Shown one piece after another: positions 1 to 10,608 of a DNA stretch of 64,000 bases. Origin of the DNA: Longimicrobiales bacterium (GTDB taxonomy: Bacteria > Gemmatimonadota > Gemmatimonadetes > Longimicrobiales > Gaopeijiaceae). The stretch spans positions 672,001-736,000 of the forward strand of contig CAXXKM010000003.1 in NCBI GenBank assembly GCA_963664435.2, in the 5' to 3' direction. The position numbers and the translations under genes are program-made. The stretch's first letter is position 1. The number at the start of each line of letters is the position of its first letter. The notes under the pieces were generated by a model. That model worked only from the letters and a program-made list of their open reading frames with translations, was not told the DNA's origin and did no database searches.

Positions 1-968
1 AGGCGGGAGACGAGGCCGTCGGCTTCCGCGGGTGCAACCACCACCAGCATGCCCACGCCCATGTTGAAGACCCGGTACATCTCGGGGCGCGACACGCCGC
101 CCGCCCGCGCCAGCACGCCGAAGACGCCGGGCGGATTCCAGCTGCCGGTATCGACGCGCGCGCCCAGTCCCGGCCCCAGCGAACGCGGCAGGTTTCCGGG
201 GATGCCCCCGCCCGTGACGTGCGCCAGGGCGCGAACGGTGCCGCGTTGGAGCTCCGGGGAAAGCGAGCCCAGATAGCTCCGGTGCACGGCCAGCAGCGTG
301 TCCGCGACGGTCCCCTCGGAGTCGGGGAACGGGCTCTCTGCGTCCAGCCCCAGCACGTCGAAGACGACGCGGCGCGCCAGCGTGTAGCCGTTCGTGTGAA
401 GTCCGGAGGAAGCCAGCGCCACCAGCGCATCGCCGGCACGCGTGCGCGACCCGTCGAGCAGTGCGCCCCGCTCCGCGATCCCGACGATGAATCCCGCCAG
501 GTCGTACTCGCCGGGGGCGTAGAAGTCGGGCATCTGCGCCGTCTCGCCCCCCAGCAGCGCGCAGCCGTTGTCGCGGCACGCGCGGGCGACCCCCGTGACC
601 ACCTGCCCCACCACCCCCGCGTCCATGTCGCCGGTGGCGAGGTAGTCCATGAAGAAGAGCGGCCGGGCGCCCTGCACCAGGATGTCGTTCACGCAGTGGT
701 TGACCAGATCCGCCCCCACCGTGTCGTGGCGGCCGGAGAGAAAGGCCACCTTGAGCTTGGTGCCCACCCCGTCCGCGCTCGAGACCAGCACCGGCGCCTC
801 CAGCCCCCCCGGCACCGCGTACATGCCCCCGAACGAGCCCATCCCGGAGAGGGTGTGGCGGTCGTGGGTGCTCGCCACCAGCGACTTGATGGCCTTCTTC
901 GCCCGATCCGCGGCGTCCAGGTCGACGCCCGCCGCGCGGTAGTCCAGTCTCGGGGAATCGTCAGACAA
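1..968 (-). CDS. purM: Phosphoribosylformylglycinamidine cyclo-ligase (AIR synthetase); 3' end runs off the window
   Basis: Not in the ORF track. Manual translation from TTG at 968 (GGAG RBS) gives LDYRAAGVDLDAAD...GSFGGMY...SSADGVGTKLKVA...DLVNHCVNDILVQGARPLFFMDYLA, the PurM signature. Confidence 0.95.
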   Translation of the reverse strand, partial: MSDDSPRLDYRAAGVDLDAADRAKKAIKSLVASTHDRHTLSGMGSFGGMYAVPGGLEAPVLVSSADGVGTKLKVAFLSGRHDTVGADLVNHCVNDILVQGARPLFFMDYLATGDMDAGVVGQVVTGVARACRDNGCALLGGETAQMPDFYAPGEYDLAGFIVGIAERGALLDGSRTRAGDALVALASSGLHTNGYTLARRVVFDVLGLDAESPFPDSEGTVADTLLAVHRSYLGSLSPELQRGTVRALAHVTGGGIPGNLPRSLGPGLGARVDTGSWNPPGVFGVLARAGGVSRPEMYRVFNMGVGMLVVVAPAEADGLVSR

Positions 969-1890
969 GGCTCGCTCCTGTCGGTGACGGTTCGAGGGCG
1001 GCCCGTCCGCCGAGGACGCGGGTGCGCTCCGCGACTTCGCGGGCCTCCAGGTTCCGGAGGCGATCGAGCGAGAAGGACTCCACGGCGAAGGACCCCATCG
1101 CCGAGCCGTGCACCAGCGCCTCCCGCAACGCATCTCCGGTACGGCGTCCAGGCCCCGCAAGATGTCCCGCGAACCCTCCGGCGAAGGCGTCTCCCGCTCC
1201 CGTGGGGTCCACCACCTGCGGCACGGGATACGCGGGACATCGGAAAGCGGCATCGCCGTCGAAGAGCAGCGCGCCCCTCGCACCCTCCTTGACGATTACG
1301 CGCCCAGGCCCGCGTTCGCGAACCCAGCGCGCCGCCTCAAGGGGATCGCCAATGCCGGAGAGCTGATGGATCTCGGCGTCGTTCACCATCAGGACATCGA
1401 TGCGCTTCAGAAGCGACATGAGCGCGTCCCGCTCCCGCTCGATCCAGTAGTTCATGGTGTCGCAGACCACCAGTTCGGGGCTCTCCACCTGGTCCAGCAC
1501 CTCTCCCTGGAGAATCGGGTGGATGTTGCCCAGCGAGACGATGCGCGCCTTGCGGAAGGACGCGGGAATGGCCGGGCTGAAGTCGGCGAAGACGCCCAGC
1601 GTCGTGAAGAGGGTCTCCCGCGCGCTGAAGTCGGCGTTGTACGCCCCACCCCAGCGAAAACTCTCCCCCGCAGCGACCTGCAGCCCCGAGAAATCGACGC
1701 CGCGCTCCCGCAGAAAGTCCAGTTGCGCCAGCGGAAAGTCGTCGCCGACCACCGCCACCACCTGGACCGGCTGGTAGAGGCTGGCCGCCGCCGCGAAAAA
1801 CGAGGCCGACCCCCCCAGCACCTCCTCGGCCCTTCCGTACGGCGTCTCGACCGTGTCGAGCGCCAGACTCCCCACGACCAGGGCGGACAT
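961..1890 (-). CDS. PfkB family carbohydrate/nucleoside kinase
   Basis: VVGSLALD N-terminus, GGSASF, and the C-terminal PfkB motif DPTGAGDAFAGG. Start set at ATG 1890. Confidence 0.9.
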   Translation of the reverse strand: MSALVVGSLALDTVETPYGRAEEVLGGSASFFAAAASLYQPVQVVAVVGDDFPLAQLDFLRERGVDFSGLQVAAGESFRWGGAYNADFSARETLFTTLGVFADFSPAIPASFRKARIVSLGNIHPILQGEVLDQVESPELVVCDTMNYWIERERDALMSLLKRIDVLMVNDAEIHQLSGIGDPLEAARWVRERGPGRVIVKEGARGALLFDGDAAFRCPAYPVPQVVDPTGAGDAFAGGFAGHLAGPGRRTGDALREALVHGSAMGSFAVESFSLDRLRNLEAREVAERTRVLGGRAALEPSPTGASLV

Positions 1891-1900
1891 GCCGGTCGCC

Positions 1901-3598
1901 TCAGTCCTCGCGGCGGGCCATGCGGGTCGGCGCCTCGACGCCCAGCAGGGCGAGCGCGTTGCGCAGCACCACGCGCACGGCTCCGGTGAGGGCAAGGCGC
2001 GCGGCCCTGAGCGCCGGGTCGCCCGCCAGCACGGCGAGGCCGGGGTTGCGGGTGGGATTGCCGGCGTGATACCACGAGTTGACCATGCCCGCGGTGTGCT
2101 CCAGGTACTCGCATACCAGGTGCGGGGCGCGGGAACGGGCCGCCCGGCGCACCAGTTCCGGGAACTCGCCCAGCCGCCCCATCAACGCCCGCTCGCGCGG
2201 GTGCTCCAGCAGGGACGGATCGAGGCCTTCCGGGACGAGCTGGCCCGTCGACATGGCGTCGGGGTCCATCCCCGCCTTGCGGAAGATGCTGCACATGCGG
2301 GCGTGCGCGTACTTGCTCTTGTAGACCGGGTTGCGGTCGGAATGGTCGAGGGCGGCATCCAGATCGAAGACCAGGTGCGCCTCCGGCTTGCGCATCACGA
2401 AGAAGTAGCGGACCACGTCCGCGCCCACGGCATCGACCAGTTCGCGCAGCGTGGTGTAGCCCCCGGACCGCTTCGAGAGCCTTACCTCGACCCCGCTGCG
2501 CTCCACGGTGACCATCTGGTGCAGCAGATACTCGGGATACCCTCGCGGGCGGCCGAGCGCCTCGAGCCCCGCGCGCACCCGGTCGACGGTGCCGTGATGG
2601 TCCGAGCCCTGCACGTTGACGACCTCGTGGAAGCCGCGCCGCCACTTGCTCATGTGGTAGGCGACGTCCGGCAGAAAGTAGGTGGGGCTGCCGTCGCTCT
2701 TGACCATCACCCGGTCCTTCTGGTCGCCGAAAACGGTGGTGGCGAGCCAGGTGGCGCCGTCGCGCTCGTAGACGTGCCCGGTCTCGCGCAGCGCCGCGAT
2801 GGTCGCGTCGACTGCGCCGTCCGTGTAGAGCGAGGATTCGAGGAAGTAGCAGTCGAAGTGCACGCCGAAGTCAGCGAGGTCGCGGTCCTGCTCCTCGCGC
2901 AGCACGCGCACCGCGAAGCGCTCGCAGGCGGCGAGCCGTTCTTCGGCCGCGGAATTCAGGAGGCGGTCCCCCTCCGCTTGCGCGAGCCGCTCCGCGATCT
3001 CGGCGACGTAGTTGCCGTGATATCCGTCTTCGGGGAAACCGGCGTCCACGCCGAAGTGCCGCAGATAGCGGCAGGCGACGCTCTCCCCCAGCCGCTCGAT
3101 CTGGCGGCCCGCGTCGTTGTAGTAGTACTCCCGGTACGCGGCCCATCCGGTCCACTCCAGCAGATTGGCCAGCGTGTCGCCGAGCGCGGCCTGACGCCCG
3201 TGGCCCAGGTGCAGGGGACCGGTGGGATTGGCGGAGACGAACTCCACCATGATGGCCCTTCCCTGCCCGTCCGCGGAGCGCCCATAGCGCTCGTCCCGGC
3301 GGAAAATCTCCCCGATCACCGCGGATACCCGCGAGGCCGAGAAGCGGAAGTTCAGGAACCCCGGGCCGGCGACCTCCACCGATGCGATCCCGGTACCGTC
3401 CAGCTCCAGCCGCTCCGCGATCTCGTCCGCGATGCCGCGCGGAGGCCGTCTCAGCCGGGAGGCGAGCGTGAGCGCCACCGAGGAAGCGATGTCGCCGTGG
3501 TCCGGGTCGCGCGGCCGCTCCAGCCGGACTTCGTGCCCGGCGACACCCATTTCCGCCAGTGCCTGTTCGAGGATGCCGCGCAGCGCGTTCCGGCTCAT
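1901..3598 (-). CDS. argS: Arginine--tRNA ligase
   Basis: HGDIAS, AGPGFLNF, VEFVSANPTGPLHLGHGR (HIGH), LSKRSG, YAHAR motifs. ATG 3598 overlaps the upstream stop. Confidence 0.97.
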   Translation of the reverse strand: MSRNALRGILEQALAEMGVAGHEVRLERPRDPDHGDIASSVALTLASRLRRPPRGIADEIAERLELDGTGIASVEVAGPGFLNFRFSASRVSAVIGEIFRRDERYGRSADGQGRAIMVEFVSANPTGPLHLGHGRQAALGDTLANLLEWTGWAAYREYYYNDAGRQIERLGESVACRYLRHFGVDAGFPEDGYHGNYVAEIAERLAQAEGDRLLNSAAEERLAACERFAVRVLREEQDRDLADFGVHFDCYFLESSLYTDGAVDATIAALRETGHVYERDGATWLATTVFGDQKDRVMVKSDGSPTYFLPDVAYHMSKWRRGFHEVVNVQGSDHHGTVDRVRAGLEALGRPRGYPEYLLHQMVTVERSGVEVRLSKRSGGYTTLRELVDAVGADVVRYFFVMRKPEAHLVFDLDAALDHSDRNPVYKSKYAHARMCSIFRKAGMDPDAMSTGQLVPEGLDPSLLEHPRERALMGRLGEFPELVRRAARSRAPHLVCEYLEHTAGMVNSWYHAGNPTRNPGLAVLAGDPALRAARLALTGAVRVVLRNALALLGVEAPTRMARRED

Positions 3599-4002
3599 TG
3601 CTTCGAGCCGCTCTTTGCCCGGCTGCCCGTGCCGCTCACGGACGGGGATCCACCCGAATCGGCTCCCGGGGCCTTCGCGCCCGGATCGGAGGACGATGCC
3701 GCCGAGGTCTTCGCTTCGCTCTTCTTCGGGGACTCGGCCGAGTCCCCGTTCGAGGACTTGGCGGCGGATGCCGTGGCCGGCTCCTTCCCCGCATCGGCGG
3801 CGGCCCGGTCCCGGTACTCCTGGCTGCGGTGATCCGTAATGTAGAAGCCCTCGCCCTTGAAGATGAAACCCGTCCCGCCGGTGATCCTGCGCCGCGCGGC
3901 GGCCCCGCAGTCGGGACAGCTGGAGAGCGGTTCGTCGGACATTCGCTGGAAGACCTCGAAGGCCTGCCCGCAGCCGCTGCACTCGTAGTCGTAGGTAGGC
4001 AT
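3595..4002 (-). CDS. FmdB family zinc-ribbon protein
   Basis: MPTYDYECSGC...CPDCG...FKGEGFYITD pattern with a low-complexity tail. Confidence 0.9.
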   Translation of the reverse strand: MPTYDYECSGCGQAFEVFQRMSDEPLSSCPDCGAAARRRITGGTGFIFKGEGFYITDHRSQEYRDRAAADAGKEPATASAAKSSNGDSAESPKKSEAKTSAASSSDPGAKAPGADSGGSPSVSGTGSRAKSGSKQ

Positions 4003-4089
4003 GGGTGGTGGATTCGGGGTTGGTTCGACCCGCCAAACTAATCGTCTTTGCAGATGACCGGAAACCGGGGAACGGCGTGTGGCCGACGG

Positions 4090-5658
4090 CTACTGCCCCG
4101 CGTACCGCCCCCACTCCCGCATCAGGACCCCGCTGATCTCGCCCAGGGTCGCGCGGCCGCGCACGGCCGCGACCATGGGAGGCACCAGGTTTGTGTCCGT
4201 GCGCGCCGCCTCCCGCACCCGTTCGAGGGCGCGCGCGGCCCCCGTGCCGTCCCTGCCGGCGCGCAGCCGCGCCAGCCTGGCGCGCTGCTCGGCCTCGAGC
4301 GCCCCGTAGTCGGGGGCGCGGGCGGGCGGATCCGCGCCCTCCTCGACGTAGCGGTTCACCCCGACCACGACCCTATCGCCCGACTCGACCGCGAGCTGCG
4401 TGCGGTACGCCGACCGGTGAATGTGGTCGCGCATGTAGTCGAGGGATTGCGCGGCTCCACCGGATTCGGCAATGCGATCCAGGTGAACGCGCGCTCTTGA
4501 TTCGATCTCATCCGTAAGCGCTTCAACGAAATAGCTTCCCCCCAGAGGATCGACCGTGCGGGCCACCCCGCTCTCGCGCAACAGAATCTGCTGGGTGCGC
4601 AGGGCGATGCGGACGGATTCCTCGGTGGGGAGCGCGAGCGCTTCGTCGTATCCGTTGGTGTGCAGCGACTGCGTCCCCCCCAGCACCGCCGCGAGCGCCT
4701 GCAGGGCGGTGCGGGTCACGTTGTTGAGGGGCTGCTGGGCGGTGAGCGTCGAGCCGCCGGTCTGGGTGTGGAAGCGCAGCCGCCCGCTTCGGTCGGACGC
4801 CCCGAACTGTTCGCGCATCAGCCGCGCCCACAGCCGGCGGGCGGCGCGGAACTTGGCCACCTCCTCCAGCACGTCGCTGTGCGCGGCGAAGAAGAAGGAC
4901 AGGTGCGGCGCGAAGTCCTCGAGCGCCACTCCGGATCCGAGCGCGCGGCGCACGTACTCGAGCCCGTTGGCGAAGGTGAAGGCGATCTCCTGGGGCGCGG
5001 TCGAGCCGGCCTCGCGAATGTGGTAGCCGGAGATCGACACGGGATTCCACCGCGGCAGTTCGCGCGAACAGAACGCGATCACGTCCGACACCAGACGGAG
5101 CGAGGGCTCCGACGGGTAGATGTAGGTCCCCCGGGCGATGTACTCCTTGAGGATGTCGTTCTGCACCGTCCCGGCCAGCTGCGCGCGCGGCACGCCCCGT
5201 TCGTCGGCCACGGCGACGTAGAGCGCGAGCAGGATGGCGGCGGTCGAATTGATGGTCATGGAGGTGGAGACGTCCTCGAGGGGGATCCCCTCGAAGAGCA
5301 GGCGCATGTCCTCGATGGAGTCGATCGCCACCCCGACCCGGCCGACCTCGCCGGCGGCCATGGGATCGTCCGAGTCGTAGCCCATCTGCGTGGGCAGGTC
5401 GAAGGCGACCGAGAGCCCGGTGGTGCCGCTTTCCAGCAGGTAGCGGTAGCGCCGGTTGGTCCGGGCCGCGGTGCCGAAGCCGGCGTACTGGCGCATGGTC
5501 CACGGCCGGCCCCGGTACATGGTACGGTGGATGCCGCGCGTGAAGGGAAACTCCCCCGGTTCGCCCGGATCGCGCGGGGTCGGATCCGACGCATCGGGGC
5601 CGTACAGCCGTTCGACCGGGATCCCGCTGTCGGTGGCCGGACGCGGATCGTCGCTCAT
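4090..5658 (-). CDS. Methylmalonyl-CoA mutase family, substrate-binding large subunit (no B12-binding domain)
   Basis: [52 protein letters not shown]. No DxHxxG domain at the C-terminus. Confidence 0.95.
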   Translation of the reverse strand: MSDDPRPATDSGIPVERLYGPDASDPTPRDPGEPGEFPFTRGIHRTMYRGRPWTMRQYAGFGTAARTNRRYRYLLESGTTGLSVAFDLPTQMGYDSDDPMAAGEVGRVGVAIDSIEDMRLLFEGIPLEDVSTSMTINSTAAILLALYVAVADERGVPRAQLAGTVQNDILKEYIARGTYIYPSEPSLRLVSDVIAFCSRELPRWNPVSISGYHIREAGSTAPQEIAFTFANGLEYVRRALGSGVALEDFAPHLSFFFAAHSDVLEEVAKFRAARRLWARLMREQFGASDRSGRLRFHTQTGGSTLTAQQPLNNVTRTALQALAAVLGGTQSLHTNGYDEALALPTEESVRIALRTQQILLRESGVARTVDPLGGSYFVEALTDEIESRARVHLDRIAESGGAAQSLDYMRDHIHRSAYRTQLAVESGDRVVVGVNRYVEEGADPPARAPDYGALEAEQRARLARLRAGRDGTGAARALERVREAARTDTNLVPPMVAAVRGRATLGEISGVLMREWGRYAGQ

Positions 5659-6266
5659 CGCTCCGGCCGGCTGGCGGAATCGTCCGGGGAGTGATCCCGG
5701 CCTTCGCGGACGCCATCGTTGCCTGCGTCCTGCTCGAACTCGACCAGAAGGTCGCCGCGCCTGACGGACGCCCCGGCCGCGACATGCACGCGGCGCACCC
5801 GTCCCGCGGCGCGTGCGCGCAACTCGTTCTCCATCTTCATCGCTTCCACGATCAGCAATCCCTGGCCCGCGGCGACCTCCTGGCCTTTCTCGACGTCGAC
5901 CCGCAGCACGAGCCCCGGCATGGGCGCGCGCAACGGCTCGAGCCCGGCGGCCGCGGCGGCCCGATCCCCCTGCGCCTGGCGCACCCGCCAGCTTCGCTCA
6001 TCCGCGACCTCGACCTGGTAGGAGCGGCCCCGGTGATGGATCTCCCAGGCGGCCTCGCCGACCCGGACGCCGTACAGGCGGTGGGGGCGGTCCCCTACCG
6101 ACAGGATGAGCGACCGGCCGCAGCCGCCCTCGAGCACCCGAGCCTCGTCGCCGGTACCCACCAGCCGCGCGGTGGGGCCGTTCACCTTCACCTGGACGAC
6201 GCGGTCCTCGACGGCTACATGGTAGCGTACGCCCTTCCCCCGGTTTCGGCGCCCGGGCCCGCTCAC
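5655..6266 (-). CDS. Biotin carboxyl carrier protein of an acyl-CoA carboxylase
   Basis: APMPG and EAMKMENE biotinylation motif. GTG start overlaps the biotin carboxylase stop (GTGA). Confidence 0.9.
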   Translation of the reverse strand: MSGPGRRNRGKGVRYHVAVEDRVVQVKVNGPTARLVGTGDEARVLEGGCGRSLILSVGDRPHRLYGVRVGEAAWEIHHRGRSYQVEVADERSWRVRQAQGDRAAAAAGLEPLRAPMPGLVLRVDVEKGQEVAAGQGLLIVEAMKMENELRARAAGRVRRVHVAAGASVRRGDLLVEFEQDAGNDGVREGRDHSPDDSASRPER

Positions 6267-7768
6267 GGCAGCACCGCCCACTTCGCGCCCGCCCTGCGCC
6301 AGGCCGAGAAAACCGGAGGGACGGCCGCGCGCCGCCCCCGCGCCGGTTGCCGGCCGCGCTCTCCGTCCGCCAGCAGCGCCGCGGCCGCCGCCACAACCGC
6401 CAGCGTGTCCGCATCGACGTCGCCGGCGGTCAGCTCGGGATGATCCTCGATGAAGCGGATGCTCAGGTCGCCCCGCCGGAAGGCGGCGTGCCGCATCACC
6501 CGCTGGTGGAAGGGGACGCTGGTGGGCACCCCCACTATGGTCAGCTCGTCGAGCGCGCGCGCCATGCGCCGGACCGCCGAGGCGCGGTCGAGCCCCCAGG
6601 TGACCAGCTTGCCCAGAAGGGGATCGTAGTGGCGACCGATGTCGAACCCGGCACGAATGCCGCCGTCCCAGCGCACCCCCGCACCCGCCGGCACCTCGAG
6701 CACCTCCACCCGCCCGGTGGCGGGCAGGAAGCCCTGGAAGGGATCCTCGCTGGTGATCCGGCACTCGACGGCGTGGCCGCTCAGGCGCACATCCTCCTGG
6801 GTGAAGGAGAGCGGTTCGCCCGCCGCCACCCGCAACTGCCACTCGACCAGGTCGATCCCCGTGACCAGCTCGGTGACGGGGTGCTCGACCTGCAGCCGGG
6901 TGTTCATCTCCAGGAAATGGAAGTCGCCGTCGAGGTACAGGAACTCCACCGTGCCCGCGCCGACGTAGCCGACCGCGCGCGCGGCCCTTGCCGCGGCCTC
7001 GCCCATGCGCGTCCTCAGCTCCGGCGTGGCCACCGGAGAGGGCGACTCCTCCACCAGCTTCTGGTGCCGCCGCTGGATCGAGCATTCGCGCTCGCCCAGA
7101 TGGACCAGGTTCCCGTGCCCGTCGCCCAGCACCTGCACCTCGATGTGCCGGGGCGCATCCAGATAACGCTCCAGATAGACCGCCGGATCGCCGAAGGCTG
7201 CCTGCGCCTCGCGGCCGGCCGCCGCCAGCGCCCGCTCCAGTCCCTCCGGCCCCTCCACCACGCGCATCCCCTTGCCGCCGCCCCCGGCCGCCGCCTTGAG
7301 CAGCACCGGAAAGCCGATCTCGCGAGCCTGCCGGCGCGCCTCGTCCGGGTTGCGAACCGGGCCCGGGGAACCCGGAATCACCGGCGTGCCCGCCTCCCGC
7401 ATCAGCCTGCGGGCACGCACCTTGTCGCCCATCGCGGCGATGGTGTCGGGCTTCGGGCCGATGAACACCAGCCCGGCGTCCCGCACCGCGCGCGCGAACA
7501 CGGCCCGCTCCGACAGAAAGCCGTATCCGGGGTGCACCGCGCGTGCCCCCGAGCGCGCCGCGACCTCGAGCAGCCGGTCGGTGCGAAGGTAGCTCTCGCC
7601 GGAAGGCGCGGGCCCGATCCCGTGGGCTTCGTCCGCCGCGAGCACATGGGGCGCCCCGCGGTCCGCCTCCGAGTACACGGCGATGCTCCTCACGCCCAGT
7701 TCCCGGCATGCGCGTACGATGCGCAGCGCGATCTCGCCCCGGTTGGCGATCAGAACCGATTCGAGCAC
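6263..7768 (-). CDS. accC: Biotin carboxylase subunit (acetyl/propionyl-CoA carboxylase)
   Basis: VLIANRGEIA, HPGYGFLSE, GGGGKGMR, RECSIQRRHQK, EMNTRLQVEHPVTE. Start set at GTG 7768. Confidence 0.95.
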   Translation of the reverse strand: MLESVLIANRGEIALRIVRACRELGVRSIAVYSEADRGAPHVLAADEAHGIGPAPSGESYLRTDRLLEVAARSGARAVHPGYGFLSERAVFARAVRDAGLVFIGPKPDTIAAMGDKVRARRLMREAGTPVIPGSPGPVRNPDEARRQAREIGFPVLLKAAAGGGGKGMRVVEGPEGLERALAAAGREAQAAFGDPAVYLERYLDAPRHIEVQVLGDGHGNLVHLGERECSIQRRHQKLVEESPSPVATPELRTRMGEAAARAARAVGYVGAGTVEFLYLDGDFHFLEMNTRLQVEHPVTELVTGIDLVEWQLRVAAGEPLSFTQEDVRLSGHAVECRITSEDPFQGFLPATGRVEVLEVPAGAGVRWDGGIRAGFDIGRHYDPLLGKLVTWGLDRASAVRRMARALDELTIVGVPTSVPFHQRVMRHAAFRRGDLSIRFIEDHPELTAGDVDADTLAVVAAAAALLADGERGRQPARGRRAAVPPVFSAWRRAGAKWAVLP

Positions 7769-7778
7769 CGGCGGCTCC

Positions 7779-9329
7779 TCAGAGCGGAATGTTGCCGTGT
7801 TTCCTGGACGGGTTGGCGTCGCGCTTGTTCTCGAGCATGTCGAGGGCGCCGGCCAGCCGGGCACGGGTCTCGCGCGGGTCGATGACGTCGTCGACATACC
7901 CGCGCGCCGCGGCGATGTAGGGATGAGCGAACCGCTCGCGGTATTCCTCCATTCGCTCCCTGAGCGCGGCTTCAGGGTCGTCGGCCCTCGCGATCTCCTT
8001 GCGGAAGAGGATCTCGACGGCGCCCTTGGGCCCCATTACCGCGATCTCCGCGGTGGGCCACGCCAGGCTCATGTCCCCGCGAATGTGCCGCGAGTTCATC
8101 ACGTCGTAGGCGCCGCCGTACGCCTTGCGGGTGATGACGGTGACCCTGGGCACGGTGGCCTCGGCGAAGGCATACAGCAGCTTGGCGCCGTGGCGGATGA
8201 TCCCGCCATGCTCCTGACCGACCCCGGGAAGGAACCCCGGCACGTCCTCGAAGACCACCAGCGGGATGTTGAAGGCGTCGCAGAAGCGCACGAAGCGCGC
8301 CCCCTTGTCCGACGAATCGATATCCAGGACGCCTGCGAGAACCGCAGGCTGGTTGGCCACCACCCCCACCGCGTGCCCCCCGAGGTGGGCGAAGCCGGTG
8401 ATCAGGTTGGGCGCGAAGCGGGCGTGGACCTCGTAGAACGCGCCGTCGTCCACCACGCGCCCGATCACGCCCTTCATGTCGTAGGGCTTGTTGGGGTTGG
8501 AGGGGACGGCATCCACGAGTGCCTCATCCGCTCGATCCACCGGATCCCGTGTTTCCCGGCGCGGCGCGGGCTCGGTGTTGTTCTGCGGGATGTAGCGGAA
8601 GAGCTCGCGCACGGAAGCCAGGGTCCCGGGTTCGGAGTCCCCGACGAAATGCGCCACGCCCGAGGTCGAGGCGTGGATGCCGGCGCCGCCCAGGCTCTCC
8701 ATGTCCACGTCCTCGTGGGTCACCGTGCGCACCACCTCCGGCCCGGTCACGAACATGAAGCTGGTGCCGCGCACCATGTAGACGAAATCGGTGATGGCGG
8801 GAGAGTAGACGGCGCCGCCCGCGCAAGGCCCCATGATGACGCTGATCTGGGGAATCACGCCCGAGGCCAGGGTGTTGCGCAGGAAGATGTCCGCGTAGCC
8901 ACCCAACGAGGCCACTCCCTCCTGGATCCGGGCCCCTCCGGAGTCGTTCAGCCCCACGACCGGCGCTCCGGTCTTCAGCGCCAGGTCCTGCACCTTCACG
9001 ATCTTCTCGGCGTGAGCCTCGGAGAGTGAGCCCCCGAAGACGGTGAAGTCCTGGGAGAAGACGTAGACCAGACGCCCGTCGATGCGCCCGTGGCCGGTGA
9101 CCACCCCGTCCCCGAGGATCCTGCGCTCCTCCAGGCCGAAATCGGTCGAGCGATGGGTGACGAAGCGGTCGAGCTCAACGAAGCTCCCGGGATCCAGAAG
9201 CAGATCGAGGCGTTCGCGGGCCGAGAGCTTGCCCCGCGCGTGCTGTGCCGCCAGGCGTTCTTCTCCCCCGCCCCGCTCCGCTTCCCGGCGCAGGCGCCGA
9301 AGGCGGTCGAGCTCCTCGCGGGTGCTCAC
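7779..9329 (-). CDS. pccB: Acyl-CoA (propionyl-CoA) carboxylase carboxyltransferase beta subunit
   Basis: [31 protein letters not shown]-terminal RKHGNIPL. Start uncertain (9329 or 9383). Confidence 0.93.
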   Translation of the reverse strand: MSTREELDRLRRLRREAERGGGEERLAAQHARGKLSARERLDLLLDPGSFVELDRFVTHRSTDFGLEERRILGDGVVTGHGRIDGRLVYVFSQDFTVFGGSLSEAHAEKIVKVQDLALKTGAPVVGLNDSGGARIQEGVASLGGYADIFLRNTLASGVIPQISVIMGPCAGGAVYSPAITDFVYMVRGTSFMFVTGPEVVRTVTHEDVDMESLGGAGIHASTSGVAHFVGDSEPGTLASVRELFRYIPQNNTEPAPRRETRDPVDRADEALVDAVPSNPNKPYDMKGVIGRVVDDGAFYEVHARFAPNLITGFAHLGGHAVGVVANQPAVLAGVLDIDSSDKGARFVRFCDAFNIPLVVFEDVPGFLPGVGQEHGGIIRHGAKLLYAFAEATVPRVTVITRKAYGGAYDVMNSRHIRGDMSLAWPTAEIAVMGPKGAVEILFRKEIARADDPEAALRERMEEYRERFAHPYIAAARGYVDDVIDPRETRARLAGALDMLENKRDANPSRKHGNIPL

Positions 9330-9390
9330 AGGAGACGAAACTCGGGGAGGACCGGCGTCACCCGGGTGAGGGCGGGCGCACACCAGGACA

Positions 9391-10599
9391 TCAGTAGACC
9401 CGGACCAGCTCCCGATCCCGGATCACGACGACCTCGTAGACACGCGTGATGCGGCCGTTCTCCACGGCGAGGGTCCCCGTCGCCCCCTCGAAGCCGTCGA
9501 TCTCCTCGAGCGCGGCGCGTACCTCGCCCGGCCTGCGAGCGCCCGTGCGGAACGCCTCGAGCAGCAGGCCCATGATGTCCCACCCGAGCGCGGGAACGTC
9601 GCTGCGCAGGGATTTCCGGTGCACGGCTTCGTACGCGCGCACGAATTCCTCGTACGCCCTCTCACGGCGACCCGGTGGGCGGGCGGTCACGGTCAGGACG
9701 CCCTCGGTGAAGTTGACGTCGACGTCACGGAGCACCTCGGGTGTCGACCACCCGGCGGTCCCCAGCACCTCGACCCTCAACGAATCGTCCAGGCCGTAAT
9801 GCTGCACCTGGCCCGCCACCTGCGGGATGTCCATCGCGGGCAGAGACGGAAGCGGAAGCAGCACGGCGTCCGGATCGATGCGGATCAGCTCCGCGACTTC
9901 CGCGCGAAAGTCGACCTGTCCCGGGGGATAGTAGAAGGCCCCGGCGAGAACCCCGCCTCCCACGCGGAACGCCTCGTTGAAGGCCGCCACCTCGAAGCGC
10001 GCGTACGCGGTGGAGGGTGCGATCGCCACGACGCGCCGGATGCCCTCCTCCCAGGCCGCCCGGCCCAGCGCCCTCGCGGGACCGGGATCCGGCCCGGCCA
10101 GCGAATAGACCCCGGCCTGGTCCTCGGGCAGCTCCCGGGCGGCCGGTGCGATCATCGGCACCGGTCGCCTGCGGCCTTCGGCCACCCGCGCCACAGCGGC
10201 TTCCTGCAGCGGCCCCACGATCGCCGACAGGCCCGCCGCTTCCAACTCGGCGAGTGCCCGGCGGGCTTCGTCGAACCCTCTGCCGCTGTCAATGACCCGC
10301 ACGATCGGCAGACCATCGCGGTCCGGAGCCGAGGCGATGGCGGCGCGCACCCCCTCCTCGATCAACTCGGAATACTGCCGCATGAACGGAGAGCCGGACA
10401 TGGGGAGCATGACCCCAACCAGCGGAGCCGCGAGCTCCGGCTCCGGCTCGGGCACCTCCGTTTCGGGTGCGCTCGGAGGTGGCGATTCCGCTGCCGGCGG
10501 CGGGGTCTGGGGCGCCGGCGGCCCTGTCGCCACCGGCACGCAGCCGGCGATGGCCGTCAGGACGGCCTGGGCTCGGACACGGAGCGGGCTACGCATCAC
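9391..10599 (-). CDS. LpoA-like / periplasmic-binding-fold lipoprotein
   Basis: Lipobox IAGC, Pro-rich linker, [14 protein letters not shown] and FEGATG motifs of the type I binding-protein fold. Confidence 0.7.
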   Translation of the reverse strand: MMRSPLRVRAQAVLTAIAGCVPVATGPPAPQTPPPAAESPPPSAPETEVPEPEPELAAPLVGVMLPMSGSPFMRQYSELIEEGVRAAIASAPDRDGLPIVRVIDSGRGFDEARRALAELEAAGLSAIVGPLQEAAVARVAEGRRRPVPMIAPAARELPEDQAGVYSLAGPDPGPARALGRAAWEEGIRRVVAIAPSTAYARFEVAAFNEAFRVGGGVLAGAFYYPPGQVDFRAEVAELIRIDPDAVLLPLPSLPAMDIPQVAGQVQHYGLDDSLRVEVLGTAGWSTPEVLRDVDVNFTEGVLTVTARPPGRRERAYEEFVRAYEAVHRKSLRSDVPALGWDIMGLLLEAFRTGARRPGEVRAALEEIDGFEGATGTLAVENGRITRVYEVVVIRDRELVRVY

Positions 10600-10608
10600 G
10601 GATAGGCG